Made by a program: the position numbers and the translations under genes
Source: an uncultured bacterium
GTDB taxonomy: Bacteria > Acidobacteriota > HRBIN11 > JAKEFK01
Assembly: GCA_963777505.1 (NCBI GenBank)
Contig: CAVZQN010000004.1
Coordinates: forward strand, 960,001 to 1,024,000
Reading direction: 5' to 3'
Length of the DNA stretch: 64,000 bases
In this document: positions 30,359 through 40,099 of the stretch, one piece after another
How positions within the stretch are numbered: position 1 is the first letter of the stretch
Layout of the letters: each line of letters starts with the position of its first letter
The notes under the pieces: model-generated
The model's database searches: none
The model's input: only the letters and a program-made list of their open reading frames with translations
What the model was told of the DNA's origin: nothing

Positions 30359-31222
30359 TTAGCCAAAAACTGTAATTAAAACGATACCCATAACGACAAA
30401 GGCTGACGCCATCACACGCAGCCAGCCCCCTTGTTCTGACAAAAATTGAATTCCGATCCAGGCTCCAATCACAACAGAAACCTCGCGAACCGGCCCGACA
30501 TAACTTAAGGGACTGATCTTGAGAGCAGCTAAGACAAGCGTGTAGCCTGCCGTACCGAAAATAGCGCCTGCAAAAATTGCAAATATCCTGCGCTTTTTTG
30601 GTTCCTCTATCAAAGCTGCACGACCTTCTGGAATGAACCAGAGTATCGACAAACAGATCAAAGCAACGAACAAAACGAAATAGATATATATAAATGGAGG
30701 GAAATAACGGATCCCAACCTTATCGACGGCCGTATAAGTTGATATCAAAATTCCCGTAAGCAAAGCCCAACGAGAGGCGCGACTTCGAAAAGCTTGTAGT
30801 GGACGCCGCCAATCATGAATCGAACGAAGGTTGATTAAATACAAGCCGAGAATTACGCAAACAATTCCACAAAGTGCGACCCATGTTGGACGCTCTTTAA
30901 GAAAGAGGACTGCCCAGAGCAGAAGGAAAAGTTGAGCAGATCCGCGGGCAATTGGGTAAACAAGTGATAAATCGCCAGACGTATAAGCTCTGGTCAAGGT
31001 AAAGAAATAGAGCGCTTCTAAAACACCGCTTATTGCCAGAATTGCCCATGGAAGAGGTTGCGTGTGCGGAATGAAAAAAAATGCTGGAGAGCCTATCACA
31101 ACAGTAACTGCAAGCATCCACCATGCGAACGCAATCTTGTCACGCGACTTCTTCATCAATACGTTGGCAAGCGCATGAAGAGCCGCCGCAAGCAATAACA
31201 GCAATAGACTGCTTAGCAGCAT
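30359..31222 (-). CDS. EamA/DMT family transporter
   Basis: About 10 TM segments; GDLSLVYPIARG, VDKVG, REVSV. Confidence 0.9.
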   Translation of the reverse strand: MLLSSLLLLLLAAALHALANVLMKKSRDKIAFAWWMLAVTVVIGSPAFFFIPHTQPLPWAILAISGVLEALYFFTLTRAYTSGDLSLVYPIARGSAQLFLLLWAVLFLKERPTWVALCGIVCVILGLYLINLRSIHDWRRPLQAFRSRASRWALLTGILISTYTAVDKVGIRYFPPFIYIYFVLFVALICLSILWFIPEGRAALIEEPKKRRIFAIFAGAIFGTAGYTLVLAALKISPLSYVGPVREVSVVIGAWIGIQFLSEQGGWLRVMASAFVVMGIVLITVFG

Positions 31223-31882
31223 TTACTTTTCTTCGTCCATTTGTGGTTTGGGTATATAGACTCGCCGTTCGAGTTTGGGTGGACGTTTACCATGACGGAC
31301 AGCGCCAGCAAGCGGGACATAATCAAGTTCTTCTCCGGAATCGCTGCAGCGCAACATCAAACCGCCACGGCTCATGTCACCGCGTCCAACAAAGGAAGGA
31401 GGAAAAAGTAATCGTTCTCCAAATACTTTTACTAACAATTCCACGTATTTTTTTGAACTGATACTTCCTAGCAAAACAATTTCGCAATTCTTTGGAAGTG
31501 TTTTTGCCAGAGCAATTGCGGAGGCCTGTAAAGCGTCAAAATAACGCTTATCCGATGGGTCAATTGGAACTTTACCAAAAGCTGCCAATTCTTCAGCGGT
31601 GACCACAGTATCAACTGGTATCAATCCGCGATTAGTCGTGATCACTAAAACGCCGGACATTTTTTTTGGGGGACGAGCAAATTGTGTTGAATATACTAGC
31701 TTGCCGCGGAAATAGAGACCGCTTAAGAATGCGAATACTTCACCAAGTGTTGCGCCAACATCTCTTAATCGATTTGCAAGATCAAATTTTGCGCGCTCGC
31801 TTAAAAGCATCCCTGCGCGCTTACCATCTAATCTCGCCGGCGATAATATGAAAATTCTATGAGGCGATCCAGCTTTAACCAT
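31223..31882 (-). CDS. Conserved hypothetical protein
   Basis: FILSPA, FLSGLYFRGK, LLGSI, FVGRGDMSRGGL; start uncertain (up to 31927). Confidence 0.7.
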   Translation of the reverse strand: MVKAGSPHRIFILSPARLDGKRAGMLLSERAKFDLANRLRDVGATLGEVFAFLSGLYFRGKLVYSTQFARPPKKMSGVLVITTNRGLIPVDTVVTAEELAAFGKVPIDPSDKRYFDALQASAIALAKTLPKNCEIVLLGSISSKKYVELLVKVFGERLLFPPSFVGRGDMSRGGLMLRCSDSGEELDYVPLAGAVRHGKRPPKLERRVYIPKPQMDEEK

Positions 31883-31981
31883 GATTGAGCAAACGTTCAA
31901 GGTATACAAATTTTTACTGTAAAACAATCAAAAAAATGCCAAACTACTTAATAGCCAAGTAAAGATCGTTTTGGAGGAAAA

Positions 31982-32377
31982 ATGAATCAAGAGAACATAA
32001 AAATCATTCAATCTGCTTACACTAGCTTTAAATCAGGAAATATTGATGGTGTTCTGGCTATTTTGGATGAAAAGGTAGAATGGGAACTGCCCGAAATGAA
32101 AAACATTCCGTTCTCAGGCAAACGTACAGGGCGCCAGAATGTAGGTCAATTTTTCTCAACTCTTGCTGAGTTGCAAGAACCGCAGACATTTGAACCGAAA
32201 GAATTTGTTTCTGATGGTGACAAAGTTGTTTCCCTTGGAAATTATCGATGGCGCGTCAAGTCAACAAACAAAACTTACGAATGTCCTTTTGTACATGTAT
32301 TTACCCTCAGCAACGGTAAAGTAATCCGCTTTCAGGAATTCACCGATACAGCCTTAGCTGTAAACGCGTACGAGTAA
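31982..32377 (+). CDS. SnoaL/NTF2-like protein
   Basis: RBS GGAGG; GDKVV...VHVFTL.NGKV.RF.EFTDT. Confidence 0.88.
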   Translation: MNQENIKIIQSAYTSFKSGNIDGVLAILDEKVEWELPEMKNIPFSGKRTGRQNVGQFFSTLAELQEPQTFEPKEFVSDGDKVVSLGNYRWRVKSTNKTYECPFVHVFTLSNGKVIRFQEFTDTALAVNAYE

Positions 32378-32571
32378 ATTATTTAGGGCGGGCCCGAACC
32401 CGCCCGCTTTCTATCTCTCTAACTTAAGTTAGAGGAAAACCATATCCCACTACACTATGGAAATAGCCTCCTCAGGATAGATGTGTTGGAACTTGATTTC
32501 GCAGATTATCATCCATGGAAAGCGTGCAATCTGCAGCAATCCAGAAATCTGAAAAACGAGGAGAAAATCAT

Positions 32572-33564
32572 ATGAGTAAGATAGGATCAGTTGGTAGCAA
32601 CGCAGCGACGGCTGTGCTTCCCGAAACAACAGCACCTGCGGCTAAAGTCGAAACAAAAGCTTCAAACGAGATTGCTGCAAATACCACCATCCAGCAGGAT
32701 CCCACAGACAAAATGAGTGATCTTAAGATGGAAGGTCAGGCGCGTGAAGCACAAGTACGCGCACAGTATGGAGCGAATCCACAATTCAAAATGCCTGGCG
32801 TGGATGTAAAGGGTCCGAATCTTGACGAGCCTAAAGTTCAAGATGGCTTCAAAAACTTCGATAAAAAAATGCCGTCTGTCGATATGAAGTGGCCGGAGAA
32901 AGCAGAATGGAAGGAGACCAAAAGCGATGATGGAGTCATTCAACGTGAAATGACTGATGCTAACGGAACTCAATTTAAAGAAAAAATCGACAAGAACGGA
33001 GCTCGTGAGCGTGAATCGATGGATAAAGAAGGGAATCGCCGTTTCGAGATGACCGATTCCAGCGGTTTTGCGATGAAAGGCGGGGCAGACAAGAACAGTA
33101 CATGGACTATCGATAATAAAGGAGTTGCGACAAGAACCTATTCAGATAGCGAAGGCCGCCAGTTTCTGGAAACAAATGGCAACGGACGCAAGCTTCGTGA
33201 AATGATGGATAAAGACCGAAACTATTATAAGGAAACAAAGGAACCGAATGGCAAGACGGAACGTGAATGTGGTGACTCATTCGGCAACCGACAGTTCGAG
33301 ATTAGAGACGAAAAGTCCTGGATGAAGGGTTTTGGAGATAACAAAGGAAATACTTATTCAGTTAATAGTGATGGAACTTCTGTTCGGATGCACCAGGATT
33401 CCACATCTGGAAAAACTTACCTTGATCATAGCCACAAAGATGGAAGCAGAACCCGTCAAATCGCCGAGAGAAACGGTGATACATGGATGGAAACAGTTGA
33501 AGCGAACGGAAAAAGAACCGTCGACAACTTTAAAGTAATAGGGAACGCTTCAGTCAGACAGTAA
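32572..33564 (+). CDS. Hypothetical protein: low-complexity N-terminus plus beta-hairpin repeat domain
   Basis: RBS GAGGAG; repeated E.xD.xG.x hairpins with an internal ~84-aa duplication. Confidence 0.75.
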   Translation: MSKIGSVGSNAATAVLPETTAPAAKVETKASNEIAANTTIQQDPTDKMSDLKMEGQAREAQVRAQYGANPQFKMPGVDVKGPNLDEPKVQDGFKNFDKKMPSVDMKWPEKAEWKETKSDDGVIQREMTDANGTQFKEKIDKNGARERESMDKEGNRRFEMTDSSGFAMKGGADKNSTWTIDNKGVATRTYSDSEGRQFLETNGNGRKLREMMDKDRNYYKETKEPNGKTERECGDSFGNRQFEIRDEKSWMKGFGDNKGNTYSVNSDGTSVRMHQDSTSGKTYLDHSHKDGSRTRQIAERNGDTWMETVEANGKRTVDNFKVIGNASVRQ

Positions 33565-33576
33565 ATAGAATATTGT

Positions 33577-33603
33577 GGACCGCACTTGTTTTAAGTGCGG
33601 TCC
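33577..33603 (+). terminator. Hairpin terminator
   Basis: GGACCGCACTT-gtttt-AAGTGCGGTCC. Confidence 0.6.
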
Positions 33604-33630
33604 TACTCCCTCCACTAATTCATTTATTTA

Positions 33631-33657
33631 GCAGGCAAGGATGTCCGCGCTCCGTAA
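33631..33657. repeat. REP-like element (second family)
   Basis: CAAGGATGTCCGCGCTCCGTAA is shared with ~46830-46851. Confidence 0.7.
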
Positions 33658-33680
33658 GGCAAAGATGTCTGTGCTTGAGG

Positions 33681-33730
33681 CATATTGCAATATGTGATGC
33701 AAGTATCATAATATTGCAACGAATGATGCA
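33681..33730 (+). promoter_or_regulatory. Tandem operator-like sites upstream of the TonB receptor
   Basis: Palindrome CATATTGCAATATG; ATATTGCAA-N4-TGATGCA occurs twice, 29 bp apart. Confidence 0.45.
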
Positions 33731-33750
33731 TACTCTCTGAGGAGGAGAAT

Positions 33751-36438
33751 ATGAAGCCTGCTTCTTCACAACAAAAGCCTTTTATCACCACTTTTTATTT
33801 CCTGTCCTTGTTTTTATTGATTGCACTTTTGCCGCAGCATGCGTTTGCGCAGGCAACAGGCGGAAGCATTCAAGGCCATGTCACAGATGATTCCGGTGCA
33901 GGTCTGGCAGACGTTTCTGTTACAGCAGTTCATACAAATACATCCGTCTCGCGTATTGTAAAGACTGATGCGAATGGTTATTACCGGATACCAGAATTGC
34001 GCGTGGGTCCTTATGAAATTACGGTTGACAATTCTGGATTTTCACAACAAGTGAGAAGAGGCGTGACAATCACCATAGGACAGCAAGCAACAATTGACTT
34101 TTCTCTTCAAGTCAGCGGAGCCACTGAAAGTATCGTTGTTGAAGGCGAAGCACCTATCATTGAAATGACGAAAAACTCAATAGGAACCACAATCACAAAC
34201 AAACAAATTGATGATCTTCCTTTGCTTGATCGCGATTTTGTCAGTTTAGCGCTGCTCGCTCCTGGAGTTACTTTTGCGCGAACGGAAGCGACATCTGTTT
34301 CAGGTTCGGGGAGCTCTGGAAGTAGTAATACATTTCTTATCGATGGTTTGAGCAATGATCAGGATTCATTAGGCGATAGTCGCGGTGATTTTTCTCCTGA
34401 TGCTATTGGTGAATTTGAAGTGATGTCAAGCCAGTTCAACGCAGAATATGGACAAGCCTCCGGCGCAATCATTAATGTACTGACACGATCGGGCACCAAT
34501 GATTTTCATGGAAGATTGTCGTTGTTCTATCGCGCAGATGGTCTTGCGGCCAGCAATCCGTTCGCAGAAGAAACGCCTTTTGATGAAACCATTGTTGGTG
34601 GATCGATCGGTGGTCCGTTAATTAAAGACAAAACTTTCTTCTTCGCATCCTATGAACACGACTTTCGTGATGATACAGCGTTTGTAAATATCGATCCTGC
34701 TGTTCTTGCATCATTAGGTTTACCAACTGAAACGAGTTTTGATCAACCACTTCGACAACCACGCTTTCTGGTTAAAGTGGAACATCATCCAAACGCGGAT
34801 CATTCTCTGACTGCTCGCTTCAGACTTGATAACCAAAAAACTGAAAACGCGTTTATCGGCGATGACGCCGGTGGTGCCGTTCTTACCTCAGAGGCCGGAG
34901 TTACCCAAAAGGAGGACAATCTAGATTTTGCGCTTAGCCATACATGGATTGCCTCCGAAAATGCAATCAATGAAGCGCGATTTCAGTATGCGATTCAGGA
35001 CAACGATCTAACTGAAGTGGCTTGTCCGGAATGCCCGACACTTATCAGGCCTAGCTTGATAAGCGGAAAACTCCCAAATTTTCCACAATCCTTTACAGAA
35101 GATCGATGGCAATTTCTCGATTCGTTTAGTTTTAACGTTAACGATAAGGGAGGCGACCACTTCTTGAAAACCGGCATTGATTTCAGTCACATTACATTAG
35201 ATGCATTCGTTCCTCAAAACTTTGCTGGCGTTTTTATTTTTACAACCGACGACCCGTTTGATGCGGCAAATCCTGCTACATACCCGTTCGTCTACCAGGT
35301 TTCCAGTGGTAACCCTGATATCAATATTTCAAACAATGTTTTAGGGCTGTACTTTCAGGATCAATGGATGGTGAATGAATACTTAACTTTGAACCTTGGA
35401 CTTCGTTATGAATACGAAGATCACATATTGATCGAAAACGATAAAAATAATTTTGGTCCGCGCCTTCATTTTTCATGGGATCCTACGCATGAAGGGAAGA
35501 CAGCAATTCGCGGTGGATATGGAAGATACTTTGATCAAATCATGTTGAATGCTCCGCTGCTCGCGTCCATTTTTGAACCAGACCGTTTTCGGACGATAAC
35601 ACTCTTTGCGCCTGGTTATCCTGATCCATTCTCAGGCGGTGTTCCAATTGGTCTTCCTACGGATACGTCCACATTGGTGCCTGGATCGACTCCGGTCAAA
35701 GATACGGCAAGCTTTGGAATTCAGCAGGAACTTAAGCAAGATCTTGCGATCACAGCTGATTTTGTGTATGCCAAAGGAAATAACTTGATTGTGCTGGCGA
35801 ATACTAATCAACCCATAAATGGTGTGCCACCCGATCCAACCATAGGGCTCGCGTTCACGATTCTGACAGAAGGACGTAGTGAATATAAAGCATTGCAAGT
35901 TGGTGTGGAAAAACGGTTCAGCGACCGATACTCCGTCAATCTAGCTTACACGTTGGCAGACACTAAAACCAACGCACACGGTCACCAAAGCTTTGTCTCA
36001 AATGCGTATAATCTGGACGACGATTATGGATCAGCTAGCGATGATGTTACACACACATTGAATGCAGCGGGTCTTGTCGAAATACCATGGGGAATTAAAC
36101 TTGGTGCTTCAACAAATTTCACCTCCGCACCACCATTCAATATTGTTACTGGAATCGACACAAATATGGATGGAACGTTGAACGATCGTCCACCTGGTAC
36201 TGAATACAATACAGGACGCGGAGAATCTCTCTGGACAGTGAACTTAAGGTTGTCCAAAACTTTCGACTTTGGCAGTGCGCGAACCGAATTCTTGGTCGAA
36301 GCTTTCAACCTTTTCAACCGTTCGAACGTTGATGGTTTTGTAGAAAATATGTTGTCTCCAAATTTTGGAGAACCAACCACTGTGGTGGATGAATTTCGTC
36401 CGCGTCAGGTTCAACTAGGATTTCGAGTAGATTTCTAA
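33751..36438 (+). CDS. TonB-dependent receptor (Oar-like, N-terminal carboxypeptidase-regulatory-like domain)
   Basis: Signal peptide; LAPGV, AEYG.ASG, TRSGTN.FHG, QDQW, PRQVQLGFRVDF. Confidence 0.93.
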   Translation: MKPASSQQKPFITTFYFLSLFLLIALLPQHAFAQATGGSIQGHVTDDSGAGLADVSVTAVHTNTSVSRIVKTDANGYYRIPELRVGPYEITVDNSGFSQQVRRGVTITIGQQATIDFSLQVSGATESIVVEGEAPIIEMTKNSIGTTITNKQIDDLPLLDRDFVSLALLAPGVTFARTEATSVSGSGSSGSSNTFLIDGLSNDQDSLGDSRGDFSPDAIGEFEVMSSQFNAEYGQASGAIINVLTRSGTNDFHGRLSLFYRADGLAASNPFAEETPFDETIVGGSIGGPLIKDKTFFFASYEHDFRDDTAFVNIDPAVLASLGLPTETSFDQPLRQPRFLVKVEHHPNADHSLTARFRLDNQKTENAFIGDDAGGAVLTSEAGVTQKEDNLDFALSHTWIASENAINEARFQYAIQDNDLTEVACPECPTLIRPSLISGKLPNFPQSFTEDRWQFLDSFSFNVNDKGGDHFLKTGIDFSHITLDAFVPQNFAGVFIFTTDDPFDAANPATYPFVYQVSSGNPDINISNNVLGLYFQDQWMVNEYLTLNLGLRYEYEDHILIENDKNNFGPRLHFSWDPTHEGKTAIRGGYGRYFDQIMLNAPLLASIFEPDRFRTITLFAPGYPDPFSGGVPIGLPTDTSTLVPGSTPVKDTASFGIQQELKQDLAITADFVYAKGNNLIVLANTNQPINGVPPDPTIGLAFTILTEGRSEYKALQVGVEKRFSDRYSVNLAYTLADTKTNAHGHQSFVSNAYNLDDDYGSASDDVTHTLNAAGLVEIPWGIKLGASTNFTSAPPFNIVTGIDTNMDGTLNDRPPGTEYNTGRGESLWTVNLRLSKTFDFGSARTEFLVEAFNLFNRSNVDGFVENMLSPNFGEPTTVVDEFRPRQVQLGFRVDF

Positions 36439-36452
36439 TCGCTATTAATTTG

Positions 36453-36502
36453 GTAGGGGCCGCCCTTGTGGCGGCCCGGGCGACCACAAGGGTCGCCCCT
36501 AC
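36453..36502. repeat. Inverted REP pair (GTAG-type)
   Basis: GTAGGGGCCGCCCTTGTGGCGGCCC + GGGCGACCACAAGGGTCGCCCCTAC. Confidence 0.8.
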
Positions 36503-36545
36503 TACTTGTGATTCACGATAATCAGATAAAGCAAAGGACAGTAGA

Positions 36546-38468
36546 ATGAAAAACAAAGCAACGACACGCACTCAGTCTCTTTTTTTGAATCTGCTCATAT
36601 TCATCTTTCTTGCGAGCATTGTCAGCGCTCAAACTCCAGCGCCGGAATTAACAGCCGCTGATGTTGGCGCGTATCTGGATGGTTTTATTCCGGCTCAAAT
36701 TAAAAGAGATGATATTGCAGGCGTCGTTGTTGTTGTTGTTAAAGATGGCAGTATTTTGTTTTCCAAAGGCTATGGTTACGCGGATGTGAAGAAAAAGGTT
36801 CCGGTGTCTGTTGATTCAACATTGTTTCGCCCAGGATCCATTTCCAAACTCTTTACATGGACCGCTGTGATGCAGCAAGTTGAACAAGGGAAATTGGATC
36901 TGGATCGCGACATAAATACGTACCTTGATTTCAAAATTCCTGATGCATTTGGCAAACCGATCACTCTTCGTAATCTCATGACACACTCTCCGGGGTTTGA
37001 GGAAGTTATCAAAGATTTGTTTGTAGCTGATCCGAAGCAGATGCCTACGCTTGGACAATACCTGTCAGGTCATATACCCAAACGGATTTTTCCGCCTGGC
37101 GAAACTCCTGCTTATTCGAATTATGGAACAGCACTCGCTGGTTATCTTGTTGAACGCGCTGCGGGAAAGCCTTTGACTCAATACATTGAAGACTCCATCT
37201 TCAAACCGTTAGGAATGTCGAATTCAACATTCGTCCAACCACTTCCGCAGAATTTGGCACCAATGATGTCGAAAGGTTACACAGTTGCTTCAGAAGATCC
37301 TGTCGATTTTGAAGTTGTTTCCGCATATCCGGCTGGATCCTTATCAAGTACAGGAGCGGATATGGCTCGATTCTTAATGGCGCATCTAAATTATGGGCGC
37401 CTGGGAGATTCGCAAATCTTACGTGAAGATACCGCTCGTAAAATGTATACCCGCACCTTAATTCTCGATGAAGCGGCAAATGCGATGTGTCTGGGATTCT
37501 ATGAAGAAAATCGCAACGGGCTTCGAATTATCGGTCATGGTGGGGACACAGTCGCATTTCATAGCGATTCGCATCTGATTCACGAAAAAAATGTAGCTTT
37601 TTTCATTTCCCAAAACAGTGGAGGAAAAGGTGAGTTCAGTTTGCGTTCTGCTGTTTGGGAACATTTCTTAGATCGATATTTTCCATCTCCTCTTAATAGC
37701 AATGTAAAACCGGAAGGTGGAAAAAATGCGAAAGCGGTGAGTGGTAATTATCAGCTCAGCCGCAGAAGTGATTCATTTTTCCGTTTAGCGTATTCACTCC
37801 TCCAATCTAAAGTGACTCCCGATGGTGAAGATAAGATCATCATTCCTGATTTGAAAGATTTAAATGGCAAACCGAAAAAGTGGCGTGAAATCAGGCCTTT
37901 CGTTTTTCAAGAAGTTGACGGACAGGACATTCTAGTATTCAAAGACAAAAATGAAACCAAGCGTCTGATCATCTCATATCCATTTATGGTTTTTGATCGT
38001 GTTTCTTCCCTTAAGAGCAGTATGGTTGTCCTTGTTTTGATCGGCTTCATGCTAACAATCTTTTTGCTTACCCTGATCTTGTGGCCCGTTGCAGCCATTA
38101 TCAGAAGACGCTACGCTGTTCGTCTGGATCGAACACCACAGGAAAACAGAAGGCGTCGGCTTATACGCCTGGTTTGCGCAATCGATCTTCTGTTACTAAT
38201 TGTGTATGGCTTGTTTGTGGCTGAAGGGTTTGAAAGTATTTCCGCATTGACCTCGAAAAACGATGTAATTATCAATGTGTTTCAAGCAATTGCAGTGCTC
38301 GCAGCAATCGCATCACTCTACGTGATTTATCTTGCTTTGAAAGCGTGGTCAAATCCAGCACGAAGATTTTGGGGACGGTTGCATGATACTGCAATCGCAA
38401 TCTCTTGCATCATTTTCGTCTGGGTACTTTTCTTCGGACATCTGCTGGATTTCAGTCTGAATTATTAG
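36546..38468 (+). CDS. Beta-lactamase-family serine hydrolase with C-terminal TM segments
   Basis: GSISK, YSNYG, HGG; four C-terminal TM helices. Confidence 0.9.
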   Translation: MKNKATTRTQSLFLNLLIFIFLASIVSAQTPAPELTAADVGAYLDGFIPAQIKRDDIAGVVVVVVKDGSILFSKGYGYADVKKKVPVSVDSTLFRPGSISKLFTWTAVMQQVEQGKLDLDRDINTYLDFKIPDAFGKPITLRNLMTHSPGFEEVIKDLFVADPKQMPTLGQYLSGHIPKRIFPPGETPAYSNYGTALAGYLVERAAGKPLTQYIEDSIFKPLGMSNSTFVQPLPQNLAPMMSKGYTVASEDPVDFEVVSAYPAGSLSSTGADMARFLMAHLNYGRLGDSQILREDTARKMYTRTLILDEAANAMCLGFYEENRNGLRIIGHGGDTVAFHSDSHLIHEKNVAFFISQNSGGKGEFSLRSAVWEHFLDRYFPSPLNSNVKPEGGKNAKAVSGNYQLSRRSDSFFRLAYSLLQSKVTPDGEDKIIIPDLKDLNGKPKKWREIRPFVFQEVDGQDILVFKDKNETKRLIISYPFMVFDRVSSLKSSMVVLVLIGFMLTIFLLTLILWPVAAIIRRRYAVRLDRTPQENRRRRLIRLVCAIDLLLLIVYGLFVAEGFESISALTSKNDVIINVFQAIAVLAAIASLYVIYLALKAWSNPARRFWGRLHDTAIAISCIIFVWVLFFGHLLDFSLNY

Positions 38469-38473
38469 GAATT

Positions 38474-38502
38474 TTTACCACGGAGTCACGGAGATCACGG
38501 AG
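38474..38502. repeat. ACCRC(A/G)GAG-type short repeat element
   Basis: TTTACCACGGAGTCACGGAGATCACGGAG; related copies near 11680, 16698, 44526, 46778 and 61098. Confidence 0.6.
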
Positions 38503-39517
38503 TTCTTTTCCACTTTCGATAGCTGAGAAAGAGTGTCGCCGCAGAAAATGTTACCGGACTAATAATTGTGAACAGTTTCCCTTTTTGATTGATCCGCTTC
38601 GATTCGGAAATGGCTTTCAGCAGAACCTGAGTTCGTTCGATGCTGCCGCCGTCATTCCAACGAAGATCTAGAATAAGCCGCTCCGCAGAAACTTCTTCAA
38701 TTGCTTTGAAGAGTCTAATTGTAAATGCAAGAAGGGGTTCTTCTTCTTTTTCCCGGGATGCATCGTTGTAATTCACATACATAGTTTTTGATTCGGGAAG
38801 AAATTCAAACCAGTATGGATCTGTGAGGTTTTTCAGCCACAACGGAATACCAGGCTGATTCTTCATTATCTCCGGTGCGTTGAAGTTTTCCGCAGGCACC
38901 GGTTTCAAAGTAATTAAATGTTTATTGTGATCGCTGTCTTCTACTGTAAAGGTTGCTGTTGAAGTATCGCTAATGATTCCAACGCCGGACAATATTTCCG
39001 GTAGCAATAAATATTGAGGAAAGATTCCATGGAATCCGAAAGGGCTGTCCAAAGGTAAGAGGGGTTCAATCTCTTCTTTCACTTTTTCAATTGGTGTTGA
39101 ATTGATTTGTACGATTTTCATCCCTGTGTATTTTGAAAAAGGTGAAGAAGCTGCAACGATGAAAAGGCCATCCGGAGCCGACCACAATTCAAGTGGAAAC
39201 TTCAATGGATAACTTTGGCCATCAAAAGGAAAGAAAATTCCAGTATGACCATCTCCGACCTGCGCAATGAGCTTCGCAAACTCCAGTGGAATCTGTTGTG
39301 GCTTTAATTCAGGCAGTTTTCGGTCCAACGCGTTCGCATTGAGTAGAAATTGTTCTTTGCTGATGGTGTTGTAAAGATTTGCATGCCTTAAATCCAATTG
39401 CTGAATCATAAAATGTAAATCTTCGCGCCATTGCGTTGTTGCCAGTGGCTGTGCAGCATTGATTGGGAAAACATAACAGATGAAAAATATCAGCAGTACA
39501 GGCTTAAGATAATTCAT
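38495..39517 (-). pseudogene. S41-peptidase-like secreted protein, C-terminally truncated
   Basis: WREDL, GDGHT, PDZ-like segment, LDLRWNDGG, TFSAA, then runs into the repeat element and stops; no GEPTG region. Confidence 0.65.
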
Positions 39518-39622
39518 CTCCTATTAGACTGGCGACGAGATAAATGGTTGATTCAAACGGTTTTGTCTTATAGATCCGGGTATGTGTTAGGAAGGGTATG
39601 AATAGATGTTTCGCATCCAATC

Positions 39623-39955
39623 TTATTTTTTATCCACAGGAAGCCCATTCTTCTTCCATTCGTCAAATCCGCCATAAAGTGGATGTACATTCTTCCAGCC
39701 TTTTTCCAGTAGTTCCTGCGCTACACGAGCGCTTGAGGCTTCATGACTTCACGTACAGTAGCTGACTACTACTTTATCTTTCGGGATTTCTGCAAGATGT
39801 TTTTCTACTTCATCGGCTGGAACACGAATCGCACCAGGCAGTTTCTCATCTGATTCGCCCCAAGCTTTCGGATTCCGTGTGTCGATAAAGGTAAACGGCT
39901 CACCTCGATCCATTCGCTCCTTAATTTCATCAACAGTAATTCGTGTCGGTATCAT
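39623..39955 (-). CDS. Rhodanese-domain selenoprotein (CxU, in-frame TGA at 39749-39751)
   Basis: IDTR...LPGAI...YCT(TGA)SHEASSARVAQELLEKGWKNVHPLYGGFDEWKKNGLP reads through in frame to give a complete 110-aa rhodanese. Confidence 0.8.
39715..39738 (-). promoter_or_regulatory. Bacterial SECIS-like hairpin
   Basis: CCU-caa-GCGCU-cgugu-AGCGC-AGG; apical loop starts 21 nt after the UGA and has GU at loop positions 2-3. Confidence 0.6.
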
Positions 39956-40099
39956 ATCTTTCAAATATATGCCTGAAAAATAAAAGCGATTGGCTTCTTC
40001 TTGATCAATCCAAACGTGGGATTTCAAACGTATAACGCAATGAGTGAGGACCCCAGCACTCATGACTCAGTACTCAGCACAAAAAACTAAGGAGAGAAC

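Noticed and set aside
40005-40032. ECF-type promoter (AATCC-N17-CGTA) upstream of the DUF4331 gene
   Set aside because: Plausible, but too short to support without a cognate sigma factor or conservation data.
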